Assembly: GCA_963849325.1 (NCBI GenBank)
Contig: CAWKHF010000001.1
Span: 448,001 to 512,000 of the forward strand
DNA length: 64,000 nucleotides
Source: an uncultured Planctomycetota bacterium
GTDB lineage: Bacteria > Planctomycetota > Planctomycetia > Gemmatales > Gemmataceae
Direction: 5' to 3'
Both the position numbers and the translations under genes were made by a program. Position 1 is the first letter of the stretch. Each line of letters opens with the position of its first letter. The notes below the pieces were generated by a model. The model made no database searches. It had not been told where the DNA came from and worked only from the letters and a program-made list of their open reading frames with translations. Positions 21,985 to 29,731 of the stretch are shown here, piece after piece.

Positions 21985-22719
21985 TCAGGAGCGCAGTCGC
22001 TGGAGCAACGGATCTTCCCGGACGGGCGGTAAGAGGAGACGGCTATAGTCCTTAGCCTGCTCCTGCGGCAGACCGAAATCGGCTTGCAACACTTCCGCAA
22101 GTCGGATTCTTCCTTCCACACCCGAAATCGACCCGGCTCGCGCCCATACGTCGGCGGCAGGCGCCAGCAGTTCGTAGGCGACCTGATCGGCTTCCTCTTC
22201 GGCCAGCGTGATGGTCGCGTGAAGCACTTCCCGGCGCGGGCCACGCCGCATCAAATGCAGATGAAAACCGAGGGAAATGCTTTTCAAGAGCGCATGAAGA
22301 CACTCCTCTGGCGTCGGCGGGCGCTCCCCGTCCAGGACTTCCACGATTCGTTTCCCCAAGTAGCGGCACGCCCGCCGCCGAGGATGCCAGTAATGTCGCA
22401 GAAAATGAGCCAACTCGTGTGCCAGTGAGAAACGCTGGTCGTCATCGCTGTCGGTTCCGTCGAGAAAGATCAGTCCATGACCGAAATGGGCCGCCAGGCA
22501 AGCCCGCAACGGACGATCCGCTTCGTCGCAACGACAGGCGATCCCGTTCCGGCACAACCAGTCACGGACACTATCAAGCCGTAAATGCGGCAGCAAGACG
22601 ATGGATACCGGCAGCGCCCGGACTATGGGCCGGCGTAATTCACGAGGGAAGGATTCGTCCAAGCCCGCAGCCGCCCAGAACTCACGGATCAATTCCGCGA
22701 TCCACAGCGGCACTCTCAT
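21985..22719 (-). CDS. ImmA/IrrE-family Zn metallopeptidase
   Basis: QRFSLAHELAHF (HExxH) followed by EEEADQVAYELLAP. Confidence 0.85.
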   Translation of the reverse strand: MRVPLWIAELIREFWAAAGLDESFPRELRRPIVRALPVSIVLLPHLRLDSVRDWLCRNGIACRCDEADRPLRACLAAHFGHGLIFLDGTDSDDDQRFSLAHELAHFLRHYWHPRRRACRYLGKRIVEVLDGERPPTPEECLHALLKSISLGFHLHLMRRGPRREVLHATITLAEEEADQVAYELLAPAADVWARAGSISGVEGRIRLAEVLQADFGLPQEQAKDYSRLLLPPVREDPLLQRLRS

Positions 22720-23099
22720 GACTTCGCTCCTTGCGGCGGAGTGTCTTCCGTCGTATTGTCTCGCGCCGCTAACAGGAATCCTTTCTCGCTGTTTTGGCCG
22801 CCGGCGCCAATCCGAAGCCGCAACAGGCTGTGACCCCGCCTGGCAACCTCGGCCAAGACCTCAGCATCGAGCGAGAAGCGCTGCGCGATCTTTTCGACAT
22901 CTTGCCAGAACAGAGGGGCCTGCGCTCGGGGCATCCGGCACAGGCGCAGATGGGTGAGGATTCCCTCGGAACAACCGAGCCGGATGGCCAATCCGGCATC
23001 CTCAAGCTGTTCGCTTCGGGCATACTCCGCCAGCGCGCTGGCGAAAAAATCGGGAGCATCGGCGACACGCAGGGCCAGGTGTTCCAGGTACGGATTCAT
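22716..23099 (-). CDS. Small hypothetical protein (possible HTH / anti-sigma / peptidase substrate)
   Basis: 127 aa, ATGA overlaps with both neighbours; contains LAIRLGCSEGILTHLRLCRMP and LLAARD. Confidence 0.7.
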   Translation of the reverse strand: MNPYLEHLALRVADAPDFFASALAEYARSEQLEDAGLAIRLGCSEGILTHLRLCRMPRAQAPLFWQDVEKIAQRFSLDAEVLAEVARRGHSLLRLRIGAGGQNSEKGFLLAARDNTTEDTPPQGAKS

Positions 23100-23731
23100 G
23101 CTTTTCTCCCGGCTCGCTCCAGCATCTTCTTTAACCGATCCTTGTTTCGCTTCACCTGCCGGAATTGCTCTTTCGCAGGCAGGTGCAACAAACCGTAGAG
23201 TTCGGCGAAGATTTTGGTCCGGCGTTCCTTCCGCAAAATCAAATCCAGCGCGCGGGAGTCGGTTTCGGACAAACCTTGGCAGACGGAATTTGAGATGGAG
23301 TTCATCGCGCTCTCGTCTTCCTCAGCCACTCGCATCGGGAGTGACGGATCGTCATGGCGTCCCAGATACTTCCCGGCCTCCTGCGAAAGTTCGACACTTT
23401 TCCACGAAACCCGGCCTTTGTTGTGTCTCCGTTCTTTATCGAGAAGGTTGCGCAAGTCTCCGCGGGCTGACATGCGCAGGTACACTTCCAGGGTCTGCCG
23501 TTCCGGAGAGTACGACCGCGGATTACGAATCAAAGCCAGCAGGGCATCCTCCGCAGCCTCGATGCGGACATCCGGAGGCACGCTCGCGTCGGTTTTGGCC
23601 AACCAGGCGACGAGCGGTTCCAGGTAGGCGTCAGCCAGATCATTCGGGGCAGTTGGATCATCAGCCAGGAGGCGCTGATGAATTTCAAGCGCGTTCGGTT
23701 GCCTGGGTGTTAAGGCGGTAGGACGGGCCAT
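23096..23731 (-). CDS. Divergent ECF/sigma70-like RNA polymerase sigma factor
   Basis: Region 2-like EAAEDALLALIRNPRSYSPERQTLEVYLRMSARGDLRNLLDKERR and a C-terminal region 4-like HTH (FAELYGL..VKRNKDRLKKML). Confidence 0.7.
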   Translation of the reverse strand: MARPTALTPRQPNALEIHQRLLADDPTAPNDLADAYLEPLVAWLAKTDASVPPDVRIEAAEDALLALIRNPRSYSPERQTLEVYLRMSARGDLRNLLDKERRHNKGRVSWKSVELSQEAGKYLGRHDDPSLPMRVAEEDESAMNSISNSVCQGLSETDSRALDLILRKERRTKIFAELYGLLHLPAKEQFRQVKRNKDRLKKMLERAGRKA

Positions 23732-23929
23732 GTTCTACAGTCCTGCGGATCGGTGTCGGGGCAGTGCTCAAGCAGCTTGGTCACCTGCCGGAACTTGGGC
23801 AGTATAAATCAAGTCACAGCTTAACGCGCAGGACCGGCGTATCAAGCACAAGTGGCTGAATTATCCCTACGTTGGCGCGACCTTATCGACCGAGCAAACC
23901 TATCACCAATCGCTGGACAATCGGCATCC

Positions 23930-24170
23930 GTGACCGCACCTTGGGCTCCAGGCCGGAAAGGCGGGGCGATGGAGCGGGGCTTCTCCGGGATGGTGAGCGA
24001 CACCAGGTCCAGTTGGCCCAGCCGGTCCAACTTGAGGAAGGAGCGAATCAACGGAAGCTTCAAATCATCCAGCTCGGCGTGATGGTTGATCCGGTCGTCG
24101 AACGGCACCGTGGCGGTCAGGGCCATCAGCTCGCGCGGCTCGCCGTTCCGCGCGTCGAGACTGTCCACAT
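23930..24170 (-). pseudogene. Internally deleted remnant of an AlbA/Schlafen ATP-binding (RecG-C-like) regulator
   Basis: ATVPFDDRI...LDDLKLPLIRSFL is fused directly to a C-terminal-type LVSLTIPEKPRS motif; family assignment is from memory of motifs. Confidence 0.45.
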
Positions 24171-24417
24171 CAACCCTGGCCTGACAGTGACGAAGGCCGT
24201 ACTGGAAGCCCTCGGCATTGTGGCTCCGCCGGAGAAAACCGCCCCGGCGGCGATCCGCCTTTCTCGCCGCGCTTGTCCATCACAACGCATAAACAACCGC
24301 TTATCACGGAATCCGCACGGAATGGGTGGAAACCACGGTATTTCATGGAATTCCGGCTTTTCTACCAACATTATCCGTAACTTTAACTCGATATACAGTA
24401 ACAACTTAAATCAATCA

Positions 24418-25455
24418 TTATGTTGAAGCCAGAATGTGCATAATGTCGCCGTCCTGGACAACGTAGGTCTTGCCCTCCAGCCGATAGACGCCGTGCGTCT
24501 TGGCCTCCTTCATCGAGCCGACGCGCTGAAAATCGTCGTAGCCGACGACCTCGGCGCGAACGAAGCCGCGAGCCAGGTCGGTGTGGATCTGTCCCGCGCC
24601 GACGACGGCGTCGGCCCCCTTGGGCATGGCCCAGGCCCGGCACTCGTCCTCGCCGACGGTGAAAAAGACGATCTGCCCCATCGCGGCGAAGATGGCCCGC
24701 AGCACCTCGTCGCGCACGAAACCCTTCAGTCCCAGGTCGTTCATGAACATCTGCCGATCTTCTTCCGGCAACTCGTGCAGCTCCAGCTCCAGCTTGGCCG
24801 GCGCTTGCAGGGCGCCGGGGGCCAACGCCAGCAGGTCGGCCGGCAGCGGCTGGTTGAGCCGGTCGTCGCCGAGGTTGACGAGTACCTGTTCCGGCTTGAG
24901 GGTGAGCAGCTGAAAACTGCGGATGGCCTTCTCTTCGTCGTCCTTGAGTCCCAGCGTGGCCGGCGACTGGTTGTGCTCGAAGGCGGCGGCGATGCGTTGC
25001 AGCAGGGCGATCTCCTGTTGATCGGCCTCTTTTTGCTTGGCCGGACGCGGTTTGCGCAGTTGGTCTTCCAGCCGGCTGACGCGGTTGCTGACAATCTCCA
25101 GGTCGGCGAACATCAACTCCTCGCGGAAGCGGCGCAGCTGGCCGGCGAGGTCCGGCTCGTTGAAGCCGTTGAGCACGACGAGCAGGCCGCCCGACTCGCG
25201 CAGGATGCCGAGACGGCGCGGGTTGTCGCGTCGCTCGGTGGCCAGCAGGCCCGGCGTGTCGAGGAACTCGATCGTCGCCGGCGTCGTCTTACGCGGCTGA
25301 AACTTCGCCGACAGCCAATCGAGGCGCGGATCGGGAATTTTGGCGATGCCGGTCTGTCCCGTCTGGCCCTTGGACGGGTCCGGCTTGACGCCGCTGAGCC
25401 ACTGGAACACGCTGCTCTTGCCCGAACCGGCGAAACCGACGATGCCGACTTTCAT
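24418..25455 (-). CDS. ychF: YchF/Obg-family ATPase
   Basis: MKVGIVGFAGSGKS, IPDPRLD, EFLDTPGL, FFTVGEDECRAW, IHTDLARGFVRAEV and RLEGKTYVVQDGDI. Confidence 0.93.
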   Translation of the reverse strand: MKVGIVGFAGSGKSSVFQWLSGVKPDPSKGQTGQTGIAKIPDPRLDWLSAKFQPRKTTPATIEFLDTPGLLATERRDNPRRLGILRESGGLLVVLNGFNEPDLAGQLRRFREELMFADLEIVSNRVSRLEDQLRKPRPAKQKEADQQEIALLQRIAAAFEHNQSPATLGLKDDEEKAIRSFQLLTLKPEQVLVNLGDDRLNQPLPADLLALAPGALQAPAKLELELHELPEEDRQMFMNDLGLKGFVRDEVLRAIFAAMGQIVFFTVGEDECRAWAMPKGADAVVGAGQIHTDLARGFVRAEVVGYDDFQRVGSMKEAKTHGVYRLEGKTYVVQDGDIMHILAST

Positions 25456-25592
25456 GTCCGTTCGTCCGCAGTTGGTAGACAGGGATAAGGTTATCGAGGA
25501 TCATCAACGTAAGTCGCCCTTGGCCACTGTACTACCCGTCCGCGGATCTGGCTACGCTGCCGGCCGCGGCCGGGGAATGGCGGACGAACGAA

Positions 25593-26332
25593 ATGTGTGA
25601 CGAATGGATGCCGCGTCTGGAGCTGCCCATCTCGTTCGAGCAGTTCCATCGGCTGCCGCGCAACGCGGCCTACAAGTACGAATATTTCGAGGACCGGGCC
25701 TGGCTGAACCCTCGACCGCGCTACTATCACGCGCTGCTCGAACTGGAAGCGCTGGCCGGTCGGCCGCCGGAGGGCGTTCGACCGACGACGGCGCTGCGCT
25801 CCGTTCGGCCGGCGGACTGGGAGGAGCTGGCGCCGCTGTTCGCCGCGGCGTTCGAGCGGCAGCAACCGTTTGGCGGCCTGGAGGACGAGCAGCGCGTCGA
25901 GGCGGCGCAAGAGCCTGGAGCACACGCGCCTCGGGCGGTGATGGTCCGTGGATTGAGCCGGCCAGCTTCGTCGCCACGGAGGGAGACGCCGGACACGAGG
26001 TCGGCGCCATCCTGGTGACGCTGTTGCCAGACGTGGAGCCGTCCGGCTGGGACAGCTATCACTGGCCGGAGCCGCCGCCGCCAGACGCACTGGTTCGCCG
26101 CCTCGGTCGGCCGCATTTGACGTGGATCTTCGTCAGTCCGTTCTTCGCCGGCCAGGGCGTCGGTACGCTCCTGCTGTCGGCCACGGTGCGCGAGCTGCTC
26201 GCGCTGGGTTACAAGCAGCTGGCCAGCACGTTCCTGATTGGCAATGATTCGAGTATGCTGTGGCACTGGCGCAATGGGTTTGCTCTATTGCCCTATCCAG
26301 GCTCACTAAGATCAATGAAAACAAGGACTTAG
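25593..26332 (+). CDS. GNAT-family acetyltransferase (frameshift ~25915); 3' end supplied by the integrated element
   Basis: HLTWIFVSPFFAGQGVGTLLL..N.SSMLWHWRNGF. Confidence 0.82.
26255..26277 (+). repeat. attL core (23 bp)
   Basis: Identical to 38785-38807. Confidence 0.92.
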
Positions 26333-26728
26333 GAGGGCAACAATTTGGCAACAATTTGGCTCCAATCGAGGCAACAAAAGAGGATGGTTTACTTCAACTA
26401 TCATCTTGGTAATCAATCGTGTCCTGGTAATGATCCGGCGCGAACATCCCCGACCTTCCCATCCCTTTTTTCCCCTGTTGCCAAAGCCGTCGATTCACCG
26501 CAACCCAACCAGACTTGCAATACTTCCCATGCTCACAGAACCACGCCTTTACCGCAGACCTCTCATTTTCACCGTCTCGTCCATGCCCTCCACCAACGGC
26601 TAACGGCGCGGAGGGCATGGACGAAGAACAAGAGCGTGGACATACCGAATTGCCCTAAACACTCCCTTTATTGTAGTAATTAGATTGGAACGCTTTGAGC
26701 CGGGCAAGTCTTGCCACGCTCCGGGGCG

Positions 26729-26965
26729 CTACGCCTTTCTACGATTCCTCTTCTTGCCCCTGTCCGGCGCTGGCTTGTCCTCACTTCCCTCGAAGACTTC
26801 GGGGAATCGGTTCCCGACAGCATCCTCGGCCAACCCGCGCACGAAGACCGACATAGCAACGCCGGCCTCAGCAGCGAGTATGCGCAGCTTGGCGTGAACT
26901 CTCTCCGCAAGATCGACGCGCACGGACTTTGTGCCTGGCGGCCGGCTTGTCCATTCTCTCGGCAT
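26729..26965 (-). CDS. Ribbon-helix-helix (Arc/CopG-like) repressor
   Basis: TKSVRVDLAERVHAKLRILAAEAGVAMSVFVRGLAEDAV; divergent from the early operon. Confidence 0.72.
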   Translation of the reverse strand: MPREWTSRPPGTKSVRVDLAERVHAKLRILAAEAGVAMSVFVRGLAEDAVGNRFPEVFEGSEDKPAPDRGKKRNRRKA

Positions 26966-27076
26966 GGCCCCTCCCTCGCGTGTTGTCCACAGCGCCAACG
27001 CTGACGGCGCGTAGGTAGTATACGCTCGCCGCCCAGAGCAAGCAATTCCCATCTTTGAGAAACCGAGAAAAAGGGG

Positions 27077-27118
27077 TTGACGTTGTGGACAACGAACCCT
27101 AAAATTATGTTGTCAACA
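27077..27118 (+). promoter_or_regulatory. sigma70 promoter with overlapping operator-like repeats
   Basis: TTGACG (27077-82), 17 bp, TAAAAT (27100-05). TGTGGACAAC at 27084-93 and GTTGTCAACA at 27109-18, with a third copy GTTGTCCACA at 26982-91. Confidence 0.78.
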
Positions 27119-27142
27119 ACGATGACAACAGAAAATGGAGGA

Positions 27143-27610
27143 ATGAACATGACCACAGCGACGCGAACCCGGAAAACGACGAAGCCCGTCCGCACGGCCA
27201 CGCTCGGCACGCTCAGCGACGGCAAGCTCCTCCTGTGTCTGACGCAAGATGGCGTGCTGCGGGCCTACCTGCTGACCTCGCTCGCCAGTGACTTCGGCAC
27301 GGCCTTCCATCTGCACAAGGCCGACGCCGGCGACGGCCACGCCGAAGAGTACGACGTGCTCCTGCACGGCCGCGAATCGAGCTGCACCTGCCCCGGACAC
27401 GAGTATCGGCATCACTGCAAACACGTGGAAGCGATCGAGGCGTTGATCCGCTCGGGCAAGCTGGCCGTCGCGGCGAAGCCCGCCCCGGCGCAGCCGCAAC
27501 CCGAGCAACCGGCGCCAGTCGCTCCGTCTGCTCCCGAGACGGCCAAGTGCTGCTTTGAGTGCGGCCGCCCGTCTGAGGGCTTCTACTGCGAACGCTGCGG
27601 ATACCTGTGA
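27143..27610 (+). CDS. SWIM Zn-finger protein with a C-terminal Zn ribbon
   Basis: SCTCPGHEYRHHCKH and CFECGR...YCERCG. Confidence 0.8.
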   Translation: MNMTTATRTRKTTKPVRTATLGTLSDGKLLLCLTQDGVLRAYLLTSLASDFGTAFHLHKADAGDGHAEEYDVLLHGRESSCTCPGHEYRHHCKHVEAIEALIRSGKLAVAAKPAPAQPQPEQPAPVAPSAPETAKCCFECGRPSEGFYCERCGYL

Positions 27611-27667
27611 CCCGATCACCACGGCGAGCGGAACGCCCTCCGCTCGCCTCATCCTGGAGAACGACCC

Positions 27668-28138
27668 ATGAACGCCGACGCCAAGCAGCTGTCACTCGCC
27701 TTGACCGCCCCATTCCCCGCCGAGGCGGTCCACTTCAAACCGCTATCGGTCAAGGGCAACCGCGCCCTCGCCGCCGCCTACCTCGACGCTCGCGCCGTGA
27801 TGCAGCGCCTCGATAACGTTTTCGGCGTGGGCGGCTGGAAAGACTCGTACCAGCTGGTCAACGGCGGGTCCGTGGTCTGCACGCTCTCGGTCAAGGTCGA
27901 TGGCGAGTGGATCGACAAGACGGATGTAGGCTCCCCCAGCGAGCAACCCGATGAAGGCGACCAATTGAAAGCCGCTTTCAGCGATTCGTTGAAGCGGGCC
28001 GCGATCAAGCTGGGGATCGGCCGCTATCTGTACCGTTTGCCGCGTCAGTGGGTGGACTACGATCCGCAGACGCGACAGTTCATCAAGCCGCCGCAGCTGC
28101 CCGCGTGGGCGCTGCCCTCGGCGAAGCAATCAGCCTGA
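27668..28138 (+). CDS. Rad52/Rad22-family (Sak-like) single-strand annealing protein
   Basis: YLDARAVMQRLDNVFG...W, KTDVG and LKAAFSDSLKRAAIKLGIGRYLY. Confidence 0.9.
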   Translation: MNADAKQLSLALTAPFPAEAVHFKPLSVKGNRALAAAYLDARAVMQRLDNVFGVGGWKDSYQLVNGGSVVCTLSVKVDGEWIDKTDVGSPSEQPDEGDQLKAAFSDSLKRAAIKLGIGRYLYRLPRQWVDYDPQTRQFIKPPQLPAWALPSAKQSA

Positions 28139-28145
28139 GATGGCG

Positions 28146-28235
28146 GGGGCGGTAGCTCAGTGGCGGAGCATCGGGGCATGACGCCAGCATGGAGGCGCTT
28201 ACCGATGGTCGCGGGTTCGATTCCCGCCCGCCCCG
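28146..28235 (+). tRNA. tRNA-like RNA with a non-canonical extended anticodon arm
   Basis: Acceptor GGGGCGG/CCGCCCC, D arm GCTC-AGTGGCG-GAGC, T arm GCGGG-TTCGATT-CCCGC. Anticodon stem TCGG/CCGA encloses ~27 nt with an inner CGCC/GGCG hairpin; no encoded CCA. Confidence 0.7.
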
Positions 28236-28271
28236 ATTCACTTGAACCCTTTTCCCTTCGGAGTAACGACC

Positions 28272-28643
28272 ATGACGAAGATGTTCCTCGACCCGCTGCC
28301 TCCGGCCGTCGTTGATTTTGAATGGCTCCGCCGGCCGTTCGGCCCGACCCTCGACCCGCAACGCGATCTCCCCGGCGTGCTGCGCATCGGCCGGCGCCTG
28401 TACTCCGTCTGGGGCATCGGATGGAACGAGCCGGGCGGACCCCGCGCGGTCGGGTTCGAGCTGTTGGATCAGCAGACAAACCGGACCTACAACATCTTTC
28501 TTGAGTGGTGGGGACCGGAATGCGATTGCGGGGAGGGCCGCTTTCACTTTCGAGCCGGCGGTTGCCGTCACATTGTCAACGTCCGGGCCGCGTTCGACGC
28601 CCTAGGATGGAAGGTCGTCCTCCCCCGGAGACCGGCAGCATAA
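28272..28643 (+). CDS. Second SWIM Zn-finger protein
   Basis: TYNIF...ECDCGEGRFHFRAGGCRH. Confidence 0.68.
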   Translation: MTKMFLDPLPPAVVDFEWLRRPFGPTLDPQRDLPGVLRIGRRLYSVWGIGWNEPGGPRAVGFELLDQQTNRTYNIFLEWWGPECDCGEGRFHFRAGGCRHIVNVRAAFDALGWKVVLPRRPAA

Positions 28644-28671
28644 ACGACACAAACGATAAGGAGAGCGGGAA

Positions 28672-29703
28672 ATGTCCGACGTACCGACGACGACGAACGC
28701 CTTGACATTGACAACGTTGTCACCCTCGAACACGGCGCCGCCGGCCGGATCGGCAGGCGGCGCCGAAGCCCTCGACGTGGCCGGCTTCCTCGGCCATCTC
28801 CAACACGAACGGCGATTGTCGGGTAACACCCTCGCCGCCTACGGTCTCGCCCTTCGCCAGTTCGCCGAGTGGGCGCAGTCCGGCGGCCTGGCTTGCCCCC
28901 TCCGGCCCGAATCCCGCGAGCTGGGCGGATTCCTCGAACACCTCCGCGATCAAGGACTATCCGCATCCAGTATCAGGCAAAAGCTCGCCGCCGTGAGGAC
29001 GTGCTATCGCTACCTGCATGTCCAGGGCCGCATATCGACGAAGACGCTGGGAGTTGTGCTCGGCACCGAGGGTCCGGCCGCGTGGCAGCGTCTACCGGCG
29101 GTCCTCGGCGCGGAGCAAGCGGCCCGATTGGTGCAAGCTCCGCTGCCCTCGGATCGCTACCACTTGCGCGACCGCGGAATTTTGGAGTTCCTGTACGCCT
29201 CCGGCTGTCGCGTGAGCGAGTTGTGCGATCTGACTTTGACGGACCTGCGCTTGTCGGATCGCTATGCCGAAGTGCTCGGCAAGGGCAACAAGCCTCGCCT
29301 CGTCCTGCTGGGCCGGCCGGCCGTGGCGGCCCTCGACGCCTACCTCGGCGAGTTGCGGCCTCGGATGGTGCGGTTGGCGCCGGAATCGCCCTGGCTATTC
29401 GTGAGTCGCGCCGGGCGGAGGTTGACGTGCGAAATGGTATGGACGCTCGTGAAGCGCTACGCCCGGCGGATGGGCCTGGAAGGCGTCAGCCCGCACGTCT
29501 TTCGGCACAGCTGCGCAACGGCGTTGATGAATGGTGGTGCAGGTCTGCAAACTGTCAGCAACTTGCTCGGGCACGCCAGCATCAACGCGACGCAGCGATA
29601 CCTTCACGTCGATGAGGAACGGAAGCGGGAGCTGCACCGCCTCTATCATCCCCTCGGCACGACGCCCTCCGAAACGGCAACGGTCCTTCCCGACGCCGCT
29701 TGA
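28672..29703 (+). CDS. XerD-like tyrosine recombinase
   Basis: LSGNTLAAY, RDRGILEFLYASGCRVSEL, GKGNKPR, SPHVFRHSCAT and LLGHASINATQRY. Confidence 0.92.
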   Translation: MSDVPTTTNALTLTTLSPSNTAPPAGSAGGAEALDVAGFLGHLQHERRLSGNTLAAYGLALRQFAEWAQSGGLACPLRPESRELGGFLEHLRDQGLSASSIRQKLAAVRTCYRYLHVQGRISTKTLGVVLGTEGPAAWQRLPAVLGAEQAARLVQAPLPSDRYHLRDRGILEFLYASGCRVSELCDLTLTDLRLSDRYAEVLGKGNKPRLVLLGRPAVAALDAYLGELRPRMVRLAPESPWLFVSRAGRRLTCEMVWTLVKRYARRMGLEGVSPHVFRHSCATALMNGGAGLQTVSNLLGHASINATQRYLHVDEERKRELHRLYHPLGTTPSETATVLPDAA

Positions 29704-29731
29704 CTGCGGCCCGTTATCAAGGAAAATCCCC

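Noticed and set aside
28170-28206. Archaeal-type bulge-helix-bulge intron in the tRNA-like RNA
   Set aside because: Only a 4-bp helix and one 3-nt bulge are present; the other side is a larger internal loop, so it is not a canonical BHB.
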